Shown piece by piece: positions 10,328-20,117 of a stretch of DNA of 64,000 bases (positions within the stretch are counted from its first letter, which is position 1; every line of letters begins with the position of its first letter). A program made the translations under genes and the position numbers. The notes below the pieces were generated by a model. The model was not told the DNA's origin. It did no database searches and was given only the letters and a program-made list of their open reading frames with translations. The stretch is from a virus: IMG/VR virus record IMGVR_UViG_3300037245_001167, positions 7,101 through 71,100 of that record; one strand, 5' to 3'.

Positions 10328-11001
10328 ACTCAGGTGATATCTGGAATTATGATCAATACGATTGGAGGAAATTCTATCCAGAAAAGATAGATTACATGCT
10401 TGATATTGGTGGGTGCGTTGGTGCCGCATCTGTATTCTTCAAGTCGATATGCCCAAGAGCACACGTAATATCAATAGAGCCGTGCATAGAAGATTATGAA
10501 CTTATGAAGGTATCGGCGGGAACGTGGGATGTTAGATGCTATAATATGGCATTGGGGAATGGCGAGAATCTATGTTTCGACAGGAAGGGCCGCAAGGGTC
10601 ATCGGTTTTATACCCAAGCAGAGAAGCGATGGTGGCCGGAGGAGCCGGAATACTTCGTGGAGAGCAGGACGCTTTCACAACTATTCAAGCATTTTAAGAT
10701 AAGGAAAAGGTACGTTATTAAAGTCGATGCAGAGGGTGGTGAGCGGTTTATTCTCGACGATAAGGATTGTATTGAAATCGTCAGGAATTCGGCCCAGTTC
10801 AATATCGAGATACACAGGGGCTTTGGTGGCGATAGAGAGCTGTGGCGTGACTGGTTTGCTCTATTCAAGGACACGCACAGAGTAGTAGGCAGAACGCTGG
10901 AAAGAGATGGGGCGAAGTCGTGTTTTGAGGATGTGGATATTCCAGGCACTCAATGGCGGGGCGAATATATCTTGCTAAGGAGAGGTCAAGATGGCACATA
11001 G
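10324..11001 (+). CDS. FkbM-family methyltransferase
   Basis: LDIGGCVG, ISIEP, NMALG, IKVDAEGGE. Confidence 0.8.
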   Translation: MNSGDIWNYDQYDWRKFYPEKIDYMLDIGGCVGAASVFFKSICPRAHVISIEPCIEDYELMKVSAGTWDVRCYNMALGNGENLCFDRKGRKGHRFYTQAEKRWWPEEPEYFVESRTLSQLFKHFKIRKRYVIKVDAEGGERFILDDKDCIEIVRNSAQFNIEIHRGFGGDRELWRDWFALFKDTHRVVGRTLERDGAKSCFEDVDIPGTQWRGEYILLRRGQDGT

Positions 11002-11656
11002 AATCTGGCTGCATGATAGTTATTCGTTAAGGAAATATGGTCCGAAGACCATAGACTACTTCCTTGATATTGGTGGGTGTGTCGGTTGTACGTCTTTGAT
11101 GTTCAAGGTGATAGACCCGTATGCAAAGATTCGGTCGATTGAGCCGTGCAAAGAGGACTATGAAAAATTGAAACGGTTGGGCGATGAGTGGGGGTTTAGG
11201 ACTTATAACTTTGCGTTGGGTGATGGAAATAATATGTGTTTCGGTAGGCATCGTCAGGGTACGCACAAGTTCTATACCGAAGCTGATAAACAGTGGTGGC
11301 CGAAAGTACCGGAGTATTTTGTAGAGAGCAAAACGATTGCAGAGATATTTGAATATTTCCATATAAGAGCAAGGTATATTGTCAAAGTTGATTGTGAGGG
11401 TGGTGAGCGGTTTATCTTAAATGACGAGAAATCTATCCCTCTTATCGGTGGTGCGGTTCAGTTCAATATCGAACTTCATAAATTTGGCGGGGCAGTAGAA
11501 GCATGGACGGCATGGTTTGAAAATTTCAAGGATACTCACTGTCTGTATAAGCGAACCACTACAAGGGAACATGATGAGAAGGGTCAGGATATTTATCACG
11601 AAATCGATGCACCCGATAGCAATAACCAAAAGGAATATATGTTGGTGAAGAAATGA
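10991..11656 (+). CDS. FkbM-family methyltransferase, paralog of the previous gene
   Basis: LDIGGCVG, SIEP, NFALG, VKVDCEGGE. Confidence 0.8.
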   Translation: MAHRIWLHDSYSLRKYGPKTIDYFLDIGGCVGCTSLMFKVIDPYAKIRSIEPCKEDYEKLKRLGDEWGFRTYNFALGDGNNMCFGRHRQGTHKFYTEADKQWWPKVPEYFVESKTIAEIFEYFHIRARYIVKVDCEGGERFILNDEKSIPLIGGAVQFNIELHKFGGAVEAWTAWFENFKDTHCLYKRTTTREHDEKGQDIYHEIDAPDSNNQKEYMLVKK

Positions 11657-12378
11657 AGAATTGCCTGACAGCCAATGTGACTAAGAGTTCGCGGTACGGG
11701 CTGGACAAGATTAAAGTCCTGCTGGATGCCCAGATTCTAAATAGCTTGGATGTCGGGTGGCTGCCGAAGGACATTATCCTGACTACTAATTTCGATTATG
11801 ACCTCTATGGCGTTAAGGCTTATCAGATAGAGTTCAACCCACTATGCCCGACGGCCAGTAAGATGTATGGCGTTCGATATGCTTTGCAGGAATGTGATTC
11901 CCTATGGGCGCACGACCTCGACGCTTGGCAGAATATCTGGTTTGACCTTCCTGAAATGAAGGACGTTGCCGGGGCGACTTATAACGGCCACAAGTACAAC
12001 GGCGGTTCTATATTCTGGAAGAAGTCCGCTATGGATATAGTGGATAAGATTATAGAAATGCTGGAAGAGGAAGAAGCGACCTATGAGGAGAATGTCCTGA
12101 ACCGCGTCTTTAAGAAGAACAAGAGGGTGACGAAATTAAACTTCACCTACAATGTGGGCTGCTCGAATTATCGGCAGCGGTGGGGCGATAGCGATAAGGT
12201 TGATGGTCAAATTAAGGTTGCTCACTTCCATCCGTATAACCGGATTGCATGGGAGACACACGCCTTGGATAGATGTCATTTAGGGGTGAAGGGGATTAGC
12301 GACAGGCTTGAGTTTTTGCTGCGGTCACATTATTCGTTGGCGACCGAGCTGAAGGAGGCCGTATGCTTGACCAGTTAA
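11653..12378 (+). CDS. GT-A nucleotide-diphospho-sugar transferase-like protein
   Basis: WAHDLDAW (DxD), YNGGSIFW, EE..LN, YNVG, VAHFHP. Confidence 0.65.
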   Translation: MKNCLTANVTKSSRYGLDKIKVLLDAQILNSLDVGWLPKDIILTTNFDYDLYGVKAYQIEFNPLCPTASKMYGVRYALQECDSLWAHDLDAWQNIWFDLPEMKDVAGATYNGHKYNGGSIFWKKSAMDIVDKIIEMLEEEEATYEENVLNRVFKKNKRVTKLNFTYNVGCSNYRQRWGDSDKVDGQIKVAHFHPYNRIAWETHALDRCHLGVKGISDRLEFLLRSHYSLATELKEAVCLTS

Positions 12379-12683
12379 ATCCTATATGTGAGCGATGCGG
12401 CAAATGCTGTGATGGCTATACCTTCTGGATGACTAACCGGAGTTATGACGATGACCCTCAAGGTATCAAGAAGCTGATAGAATTTCATGGCCTTAGAACT
12501 ATGAAGAATAGCAAAGGCGAAATGGGGATACATATCCCATCGAAGTGCATTAATCTTGAAATGGTAGATGGTAAGCCGTTCTGCAAAATACATGATACCA
12601 GGCCGGGCGTATGCCGGAACTATTTTTGCGAGAAAGTAATAGCAAAAGCATTACAGGGGGTTGCTAATGGCCTTTGCATTTAA
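12363..12683 (+). CDS. YkgJ-family CxxCxxCC cysteine-cluster protein
   Basis: CERCGKCC..C..L..CKIHDTRP.VCRNYFC. Confidence 0.8.
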   Translation: MLDQLNPICERCGKCCDGYTFWMTNRSYDDDPQGIKKLIEFHGLRTMKNSKGEMGIHIPSKCINLEMVDGKPFCKIHDTRPGVCRNYFCEKVIAKALQGVANGLCI

Positions 12684-15600
12684 TGCCGGAGATGCTGTTT
12701 CAGGTGATAGCTCTGCTAATCCCGTGCAGTTTTTATATACGACCGGGGCGAACAGCAGGCTTGTCGTGCTTACGCTGAGCTTCCATACAAATGGTTCCAC
12801 AGGTTCTACTGGTGCTCCTACCTATAATGGCAACCCTATGGCGGAGTGCGGGGTGACGCAAACTTCCGCCGAGGGTGCAACTGAAATATGGTATTATTTA
12901 ACACCGGATTCCGAAGTAGAGAGACAGATTAGCATACCCAATGGCAATGCCAACAATATCAGGTATTCATGCAGCGATTTTACTCACGCTACGGCTACGG
13001 CAGTAATGTTTGATAGTGATACCCTGAGTGACGGCAACGCGGCCGATGTGGTAGCTACGGTAACGGCAGTGCCTGACGGATCGGCCTGCGTCAGTTGTAT
13101 GGTACACGGAGAGAAGGATCAGTTTGCTTCTGTGAGTGGTTGTACTTCATTATTAGGTACGCCGAGCGTTGATGAAGGTAGCGTACAAACGGGAGCTGCT
13201 TATTCAATACAATCAGGCACCGGCGATGAAACCCATACATACACAAGCGGCGGTTCTGCCGACGACTACAATTATCACATGGGAGCGTGGGAGGAACTCG
13301 AACCTTCATCCAGTCATAGTTCAAGTAGTCATTCGAGTAGCAGTAGCTCAGTATCATCGAGTCATTCAAGCAGTTCGCATAGTTCGTCGAGCCACAGTTC
13401 AAGCAGTAGTTCTGTATCATCCAGTCACTCAAGTAGCCATAGCAGTTCATCTCATTCGAGTTCGAGTAGTTCGGTATCAAGCTCCAGCAGTTCAGTGTCA
13501 AGCTCCAGCAGTTCGGTATCATCGAGTCATAGTGCCAGTCCTGATGCAGATGAATTTCTCATTACAGATGAACTTACAAGTTTTATAGGTGCAGGATATC
13601 GTTTTCAGCGTAAACTTGCCAGAACTTCCAATGGTGATTTACATTGTGTTTATACCAGGAATGACGGAACAGAAGAACAATTATATTATAGCAAATCAGT
13701 TGATGATGGTGAGAATTGGTCGGAAACAAAATTAACATCAGAAGCATCGGGACAGCCTCAGCAAACTCCTGGTATAGCAATTGATTCAAGTGATACTCTA
13801 CACGTTATATGGTCAGGCCAGACACCAAGTTCTACTACATTTAACCAAATTCGATATATGTATAACGATGGCAGTTGGAGTGGTATTACTGAAATAACGA
13901 CAACTTCCGAGGGGGATTCCTCGCAAGTTTTTCCATCAATCGCTGTTGATTCAAGTGATAATCTGCATGTATGTTGGCAGGGCAAACCGGAAGATCCTCC
14001 CGAAAATGGTTACACACAGATTAGATATATAAAAAACGATGGTTCGTGGGGTTCGATACAGGAATTGACCACAGACACGGCTTATAACCAGTTGGTTCCG
14101 CAAATATCAGTTGCCCCAAATAATAATATTCATATCGTTTTTTACGGCAAACATAGCGGTTCTACTGTCTATAATCAAGTAAGACACTTAGTTTATACAG
14201 GTTCATGGCAAGCTATCGACAACGTAACGTCTGCTTCTGTTAATAATGCCGACCCATGTATGGCAATAGATTCTTCGGGTGACCTACATTTGGTTTACTG
14301 GAAAGCATCATCAATCCAATACCAAAAGTATGACGGCTCATGGAGTGGTGAAACAGAAATTGCCGATGCCACTTATGCTCAACTTGACCCAGGCATTGCC
14401 ATTGATGCTGGTGATAATCTGTATGTCACATGGGAAGGCAAACATGCTGCTTCTATTACGAAATATCAAGTTGGCTACAGATATTATGATGGTGACTGGG
14501 ATGCTGCTATTGAGTGGCTGACGAACCCCAGTGACGAAAATCGTGTTCCAAATTTGATATGGGCATACCACCCTATCGTATTCGGGGCAAGAACGAATCT
14601 GCCCAAAACTGGATATGCCTTTATTCATAGTTACGAGGGTGATGGTGTAGTTTCAGCATACTATTTTCCCAGCGGCGATTTGACATGGGATGCAGAAGGA
14701 TCGAGTAGTCACAGTTCATCCAGTCATTCAAGCTCCAGCCATAGTTCGAGTTCCAGTTCGGTGAGTTCCAGCCATTCAAGTTCTTCGCATAGTTCATCGA
14801 GCCATAGTTCAAGTAGCCATTCAAGTTCGAGTAGTTCGGTATCCAGCAGTCATTCGAGCAGTTCGCATAGCAGCAGCAGTTCTTCGGACGCTGGGGCATC
14901 AAGTTCCCATTCAAGTTCTTCTCATAGCTCTTCGAGCCACAGCTCCAGTAGTAGTTCGGTATCATCGAGTCACAGTAGCTCATCCCATTCGAGTTCGAGC
15001 CATAGTTCATCCAGTCATAGTTCCAGCAGTAGTTCAGTAAGCTCAAGCCATAGCAGCTCGTCTCATTCAAGTTCGAGTCACTCAAGTTCTTCTCATAGCA
15101 GTAGCAGCTCGTCGGTGTCGAGTAGCCATAGTTCAAGCTCGCACAGTTCTTCATCACATTCAAGTTCGAGCCATTCAAGTAGCAGCTCGTCGGTTAGTAG
15201 CTCGCATTCAAGTAGCAGCCACAGTAGTTCTTCTCACAGTTCAAGTTCGCATTCGAGTTCGTCCAGCTCAGTATCCAGCAGCCATAGTTCGAGCAGCAGT
15301 TCGGATATTCCGCTATCAAGTTCCCATTCAAGTTCGTCGCACAGTAGTTCGAGTCATTCAAGTTCTTCGCATTCGAGTAGCTCGCACAGTTCGAGTAGTA
15401 GTTCAGTATCATCGAGCCATAGTTCAAGTTCACATAGTAGCAGCAGTCATTCGAGTTCGAGCCATTCGAGTAGCAGCAGTTCGGTTTCAAGTTCTCATTC
15501 AAGCTCATCGCATTCAAGCAGTAGCCATAGTAGTTCGTCACATTCAAGTTCAAGTAGTTCGGTTTCAAGTTCTCATAGTTCGTCCAGCCACAGCTCAAGC

Positions 15601-16764
15601 TCAAGTTCAAGTCATTCGAGCAGCAGTCATTCATCGTCCAGTCATAGCTCAAGTAGTAGTTCGGTTTCGTCGAGTCACTCAAGCAGCAGTTCGTCTGATA
15701 CACCACTGTCATCGTCACATTCAAGTTCATCGCAATCGAGTAGCCATAGTAGTTCGAGCAGCTCGGTATCCAGTAGTCATAGCTCAAGTTCTCATTCGAG
15801 TTCTTCGCACTCAAGTTCCAGTAGTTCGGTATCGTCCTCACATTCGAGTTCGTCAAGTTCGGTATCAAGCAGTCACAGCTCCAGCAGTAGTTCGGTATCC
15901 AGTAGCCATAGTTCAAGTAGCAGTTCGGTATCGTCGAGCCACAGCTCATCGAGTCATAGCTCAAGTTCTCATTCGAGTTCTTCCAGTTCTGTTTCCAGCA
16001 GCCATAGCTCTTCCAGTAGTTCAGTATCGTCTTCGCATTCGAGTTCGAGCAGTTCTGTATCTTCCTCGCACAGTAGTTCTTCGCATAGCAGCTCGTCTCA
16101 TTCTTCGAGTAGCCATTCAAGCTCAAGCAGTTCGGTTTCGAGTTCCCATTCAAGTTCGAGTCACTCCAGTTCCAGCAGTTCAGTATCTTCGAGTCACTCA
16201 AGTTCGAGCCACAGTTCATCGAGCCACAGTTCGTCCAGCCATAGCTCATCAAGTTCTTCGGTATCGTCGAGTCATAGCAGTAGCAGCAGTTCAGTATCAA
16301 GCAGCCACAGCAGTAGCAGTTCGTCAGATACCCCGCTAAGTTCTCATAGCTCAAGCAGCCACAGCAGTTCGAGTCATAGTTCATCGAGTAGTTCTGTATC
16401 GAGCAGCCATTCTTCGAGCAGCCATTCGAGTTCGTCACACAGTAGTTCGTCTCACAGTTCCAGTTCTCATTCAAGTTCGAGCAGTTCAATATCATCCAGT
16501 CATTCGAGTTCGTCGCACAGTTCCAGCAGCAGCTCGGTTTCGAGCAGTCATTCGAGCAGTAGTCACAGTTCCAGTAGTCATAGTTCAAGTTCTCACAGTT
16601 CAAGTTCACATTCGAGTTCTTCACATTCGAGTTCAAGTAGCTCTACGGGCTTCCTGTATGGGCTATTGTTTGTCAATGATACCAATTCGGAATTAAGTAT
16701 TCATGACGACCATTCGTTATTAAGTGTATTTGCAAACCAATCAATATTAAGCGTGGTGGCATAA
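12667..16764 (+). CDS. Giant Ser/His-rich repeat virion-type protein with BNR-like beta-propeller
   Basis: N-terminal beta domain; 76-aa Ser/His tract; repeated IAIDSS.NLHV.W propeller blades; 648-aa Ser/His/Val tract; short C-terminal segment. Confidence 0.75.
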   Translation: MAFAFNAGDAVSGDSSANPVQFLYTTGANSRLVVLTLSFHTNGSTGSTGAPTYNGNPMAECGVTQTSAEGATEIWYYLTPDSEVERQISIPNGNANNIRYSCSDFTHATATAVMFDSDTLSDGNAADVVATVTAVPDGSACVSCMVHGEKDQFASVSGCTSLLGTPSVDEGSVQTGAAYSIQSGTGDETHTYTSGGSADDYNYHMGAWEELEPSSSHSSSSHSSSSSSVSSSHSSSSHSSSSHSSSSSSVSSSHSSSHSSSSHSSSSSSVSSSSSSVSSSSSSVSSSHSASPDADEFLITDELTSFIGAGYRFQRKLARTSNGDLHCVYTRNDGTEEQLYYSKSVDDGENWSETKLTSEASGQPQQTPGIAIDSSDTLHVIWSGQTPSSTTFNQIRYMYNDGSWSGITEITTTSEGDSSQVFPSIAVDSSDNLHVCWQGKPEDPPENGYTQIRYIKNDGSWGSIQELTTDTAYNQLVPQISVAPNNNIHIVFYGKHSGSTVYNQVRHLVYTGSWQAIDNVTSASVNNADPCMAIDSSGDLHLVYWKASSIQYQKYDGSWSGETEIADATYAQLDPGIAIDAGDNLYVTWEGKHAASITKYQVGYRYYDGDWDAAIEWLTNPSDENRVPNLIWAYHPIVFGARTNLPKTGYAFIHSYEGDGVVSAYYFPSGDLTWDAEGSSSHSSSSHSSSSHSSSSSSVSSSHSSSSHSSSSHSSSSHSSSSSSVSSSHSSSSHSSSSSSDAGASSSHSSSSHSSSSHSSSSSSVSSSHSSSSHSSSSHSSSSHSSSSSSVSSSHSSSSHSSSSHSSSSHSSSSSSVSSSHSSSSHSSSSHSSSSHSSSSSSVSSSHSSSSHSSSSHSSSSHSSSSSSVSSSHSSSSSSDIPLSSSHSSSSHSSSSHSSSSHSSSSHSSSSSSVSSSHSSSSHSSSSHSSSSHSSSSSSVSSSHSSSSHSSSSHSSSSHSSSSSSVSSSHSSSSHSSSSSSSHSSSSHSSSSHSSSSSSVSSSHSSSSSSDTPLSSSHSSSSQSSSHSSSSSSVSSSHSSSSHSSSSHSSSSSSVSSSHSSSSSSVSSSHSSSSSSVSSSHSSSSSSVSSSHSSSSHSSSSHSSSSSSVSSSHSSSSSSVSSSHSSSSSSVSSSHSSSSHSSSSHSSSSHSSSSSSVSSSHSSSSHSSSSSSVSSSHSSSSHSSSSHSSSSHSSSSSSVSSSHSSSSSSVSSSHSSSSSSDTPLSSHSSSSHSSSSHSSSSSSVSSSHSSSSHSSSSHSSSSHSSSSHSSSSSSISSSHSSSSHSSSSSSVSSSHSSSSHSSSSHSSSSHSSSSHSSSSHSSSSSSTGFLYGLLFVNDTNSELSIHDDHSLLSVFANQSILSVVA
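13306..13533 (+). repeat. Ser/His repeat tract 1 (SSSSH and SSSSSSV units)
   Basis: Read directly from the translation, 76 codons. Confidence 0.95.
14701..16644 (+). repeat. Ser/His repeat tract 2 (648 codons)
   Basis: SSSSH and SSSSSSV units punctuated by DAGA, DIPL, DTPL and DTPL. Confidence 0.95.
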
Positions 16765-16766
16765 TT

Positions 16767-17288
16767 ATGGCATATTTAATAGGTGACACAATAAGATTAA
16801 AGGCGACGATAATGAACCTCGATGATATCGAAGCGGCTCCGGCGGCTATCGACCTGACAATCTATCGAGAAGATGGAGAAACAAAGCTGTTGGTCGAAGA
16901 GGCTGGTACGCTCGAAGGAGGTACTACGGCCCAGTATTATGTCGATTGGACGATATCGGCTGAAAGCTATACCGTCGCGTTCGATTCCGGCAATGAGCTT
17001 AATCCGATAGAGGCTGGCGACAATCTAACAGGGTCAGTTGCCGGTGTAGCTCTTTGCTATGCCATTGAATATCTAACGGCGGCTACCGGAACGATAACGT
17101 ATATCGGAACGTCAAGTCAGTTCGTGAATCTCGAAACCATTACAGGTGGCGGCAATACAGTCGCGGTTGTAGGCACGCCGGCAGCAAGCACCGATTATCT
17201 GGCGGAAGCCGAGACATTGATAGCCGTATGGTCATGGACAGGCCCGCACTTAAAGAGAATCGATTTTGAGGCAATACCAGAGGTTTAA
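16767..17288 (+). CDS. Hypothetical virion protein
   Basis: Coupled between the Ser-rich gene and the connector; N-terminal Y.IGDTIRL motif. Confidence 0.5.
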   Translation: MAYLIGDTIRLKATIMNLDDIEAAPAAIDLTIYREDGETKLLVEEAGTLEGGTTAQYYVDWTISAESYTVAFDSGNELNPIEAGDNLTGSVAGVALCYAIEYLTAATGTITYIGTSSQFVNLETITGGGNTVAVVGTPAASTDYLAEAETLIAVWSWTGPHLKRIDFEAIPEV

Positions 17289-17292
17289 TATT

Positions 17293-17838
17293 ATGGCAAT
17301 ACAATCACCAATAACACTTGACGAAATGAAAGACCACCTGCGGATTACGCATACGGACGATGATCAGTACATCAATGCTTTATGTCTGGCGGCGACGTCG
17401 TGGGCGGAGAAGTTTCAGAACAGAACTTACGTTAAGCGGCCGAGAACAATGGTGCTCGATAAATTCCCAATGATTATCAGGCCAAAGTACCCGCCTTTAA
17501 TATCGGTGACGAGTATTGTTTACATTGATATTGACGGCGCAGAACAGACGCTCGCTGCCTCTGAATACCGGGTGGATACAGTAACAGAGCCTGGCAGGAT
17601 AACAGAGGCATACGAAGTCACGTGGCCGGATATCAGGAACGTTACAAACGCCGTGACGATTACTTACGTTGCCGGGTACGGTACGGAAGCGAAAGTGCCT
17701 GACGAAGTTAAGGCGGCGATAAAGCTGATGGTCGGCCATCTATACGAGCATCGTGAGGCGGTCAGCGAAATCGATATGGTGAAGGTGCCACTTTCGGTTG
17801 AGCATCTTCTATGGCTGGAGAAACTGGTGCTGGTATGA
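17293..17838 (+). CDS. Head-tail connector (gp6-like)
   Basis: ITLDEMKDHLRI...DDQYI, PPLISVTSI.Y, VP..VKAAIKLMVGHLYEHRE. Confidence 0.9.
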   Translation: MAIQSPITLDEMKDHLRITHTDDDQYINALCLAATSWAEKFQNRTYVKRPRTMVLDKFPMIIRPKYPPLISVTSIVYIDIDGAEQTLAASEYRVDTVTEPGRITEAYEVTWPDIRNVTNAVTITYVAGYGTEAKVPDEVKAAIKLMVGHLYEHREAVSEIDMVKVPLSVEHLLWLEKLVLV

Positions 17839-18170
17839 GAATCGGAAAACTGAGACACAAAATAGAGTTGCAGAGTTATACGACGACTCCCGATGCCGTC
17901 GGTCATCCGGTAAAGACATGGACAACCCACTCAACTGTATGGGCGTGGGTAAGGCCGATGTCCGGCCGGGAGGTAATGAACTCCCAGCAGCCGGTCGGTG
18001 AGATAACGCACAAGGTGACGATCCGGTATAACGATACGATAGTAGTTACGAACAGAATCAAATTTTATGATACAAAGAGGAAAGTTACACGGTATTTCGA
18101 TATCAATTTCCCCGGCAATTACGATGAGCGGAATGTGTTTATGGAAATTATGTGTAAGGAAAAATTGTAA
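17835..18170 (+). CDS. Head closure / head-tail adaptor
   Basis: GKLRHKIELQ..T.DAVG....W....TVWA.V.PMSGRE, THKVTIRY. Confidence 0.9.
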   Translation: MRIGKLRHKIELQSYTTTPDAVGHPVKTWTTHSTVWAWVRPMSGREVMNSQQPVGEITHKVTIRYNDTIVVTNRIKFYDTKRKVTRYFDINFPGNYDERNVFMEIMCKEKL

Positions 18171-18700
18171 TGGCTGACATGATTCAAATGAAAATTGAGA
18201 ACGCACAGTTGGTACAGAATGCCCTGAACGCATTTGCAAAGAAGGTATCTACAAAGATTGTACGCAAGGGCGTTCGGGCGGCTTGGACTCCACTGCTGAA
18301 AAGAGCTAAAGCGAACGCAAGGGCATTAGATCGCGGAAGAACCAAACAGAAAAAGAGCAAAAGGATGGGACATTTAATTGCGGTAGCTTTGATATTACAA
18401 CCATTCAAAAGACAGCGGCCGAACCAGTACGGGATGAAGGTGTGGATGAACCCAAAGAAGTCAGAACAATTTGTAGTGGATTCGCCAAGAACCGGCAATC
18501 GTAATTACATCCCGGCTGCAATTGAATATGGGCACGCATTCCCAGGCAGGGGAGCTGGGCCGGGCGGTGGCGCTCCGAAAGACGTAGCGGCCAAGCCATT
18601 CATGCGTCCGGCATTGGATGTAACTTTACCGGCAGCTCCCAAGATATTCGAGCGGCATTTAGTCCATGCCATCCATGAGGAAAACGCTAAAAGAAGGTGA
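18170..18700 (+). CDS. HK97 gp10-like tail completion protein
   Basis: IEYGH..AKPFMRPALD. Confidence 0.85.
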   Translation: MADMIQMKIENAQLVQNALNAFAKKVSTKIVRKGVRAAWTPLLKRAKANARALDRGRTKQKKSKRMGHLIAVALILQPFKRQRPNQYGMKVWMNPKKSEQFVVDSPRTGNRNYIPAAIEYGHAFPGRGAGPGGGAPKDVAAKPFMRPALDVTLPAAPKIFERHLVHAIHEENAKRR

Positions 18701-18703
18701 TCT

Positions 18704-19105
18704 ATGATATCGGAAGCAATATATAGTCTGTTGGTAAATAATACCTCAATAACCGATTTGGTAAGCAATCGAATCTATCCGATGATTCGCAATCAGAAGA
18801 GTGGCTTACCTGCGATAACATATCAGGTCATTAGTGGTGTTAGAAACTATGACCTTACTGGGCCGAATGGATTGGTCGAAAGCCGGATACAAGTAAACTG
18901 TTTTGCCGATGACCCACTTGAGGCGGGTGAATTGGCTGCCGTAGTCAGAGCGGCACTTAACGGGCATCGTGGTGGTGCGGCGGGTGTGCATATTGAGACG
19001 ATGCTATTAGAAGATCAAGGCGAGCTGCCGTTTATCGATCCAGAAAATGAGGACCAAAACGTATTTGCAAAAATGATGGATTTTTATGTGTTGTATAAAG
19101 AGTAA
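18704..19105 (+). CDS. Tail terminator (DUF3168-like)
   Basis: LVSNRIYP, LPAITYQ.IS, RIQVNCFA, VRAAL. Confidence 0.85.
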   Translation: MISEAIYSLLVNNTSITDLVSNRIYPMIRNQKSGLPAITYQVISGVRNYDLTGPNGLVESRIQVNCFADDPLEAGELAAVVRAALNGHRGGAAGVHIETMLLEDQGELPFIDPENEDQNVFAKMMDFYVLYKE

Positions 19106-19127
19106 ATAATTTTGAAAGGGTAACACA

Positions 19128-19544
19128 ATGGCAACATTAGGTTTTTCAGGGATGGGATCAGTGCTGGTTTTCGATGGCTCTACTATCGGTGAGATAGAGA
19201 GTATCGACGGCGGTGAGGTGACTATTGATTTCGAGGAAATCTTGACGATGGACTCGGTCAGTTATTACGCCGACATGATTTTAACCGCACTGAACTCAGG
19301 GCAGGTGGCAATCACTTGCATCTTCCAGCCGGACAATACGACCGGCAATTATGCGGTATTGAAGGCCAAAGCCGAAGCTCGAACCACAGGGACGCTTCTG
19401 CTCACATATCTCAATACGGCGTTCATCACCGGGCAGGCGGGAATAATCAGTTTGCAATTCCCATCGGCACCGGACGCCAAAGGCGTGCAGCGGTTCACTG
19501 CCACGTTCAAACGGTCTGGTATATTTACATATACCGGGACATAA
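19128..19544 (+). CDS. Tail tube protein
   Basis: Position after the terminator; IGEIESI, G.V.IT, FTATFK.SG. Confidence 0.7.
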   Translation: MATLGFSGMGSVLVFDGSTIGEIESIDGGEVTIDFEEILTMDSVSYYADMILTALNSGQVAITCIFQPDNTTGNYAVLKAKAEARTTGTLLLTYLNTAFITGQAGIISLQFPSAPDAKGVQRFTATFKRSGIFTYTGT

Positions 19545-19571
19545 AATTGAAATACGAAAGGAAAATTATCT

Positions 19572-20117
19572 ATGAATGCAGATGAAATTAAAAAGGCGAT
19601 TATCGAAAAGCATACAATACCAGCCAAGCCGGTCGAGAGTGCTGAGATGTTCGGTGTAAAAGGCTGGTTGTTCCGGTCATCCTCGTATCAAATGGAAGGC
19701 TGGCGACAGGTGTCGAACGATAAAGACCCCGAAGTACAGAGACTTGGCCCGGCCAAACTGATACAGATATCGTTTCGGGATGAATCGGGAAAGTTGGTAT
19801 TCGAGGAGCTTGACCTGCCGATGATCGGCGGGATGGACGATTCGGATGTCAACTTAATCTTCAAGCGGTGTCTGTCGATTAACGGTTACGGCGGCGAAGG
19901 CTGTGAAGCTTTACTAAAAAACTTAATAGCGATCTATGGCACCGATGGTGTGTACGCCTCGCTCGTGAATATAAATGCTCCCTGTCCGAACTGTTCAAAA
20001 GACACGAAGAATACGAACTCAGAGAGCAATACTTCGCCGAGCAATACTGGCCCAGCGGCAACGCAGCCGAGAGCTACAAAGCCATCCTCGCCGGACAGAT
20101 CGCAGGACAGAAAATAA
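19572..20117 (+). CDS. Tail assembly chaperone (gpG-like)
   Basis: Between tube and tape measure genes; RDESGKLVF; ..LLKN slippery site. Confidence 0.75.
   Translation: MNADEIKKAIIEKHTIPAKPVESAEMFGVKGWLFRSSSYQMEGWRQVSNDKDPEVQRLGPAKLIQISFRDESGKLVFEELDLPMIGGMDDSDVNLIFKRCLSINGYGGEGCEALLKNLIAIYGTDGVYASLVNINAPCPNCSKDTKNTNSESNTSPSNTGPAATQPRATKPSSPDRSQDRK

Noticed and set aside
15194-16636. 480-aa Asn/Cys/Tyr-rich minus-strand ORF (also 14621-15178 and 13091-13522)
   Set aside because: Antisense shadow of the Ser/His repeat; no RBS or independent signal.
14701-16644. CRISPR array or DNA tandem repeat
   Set aside because: No constant repeat with unique spacers; periodicity is at the peptide level.
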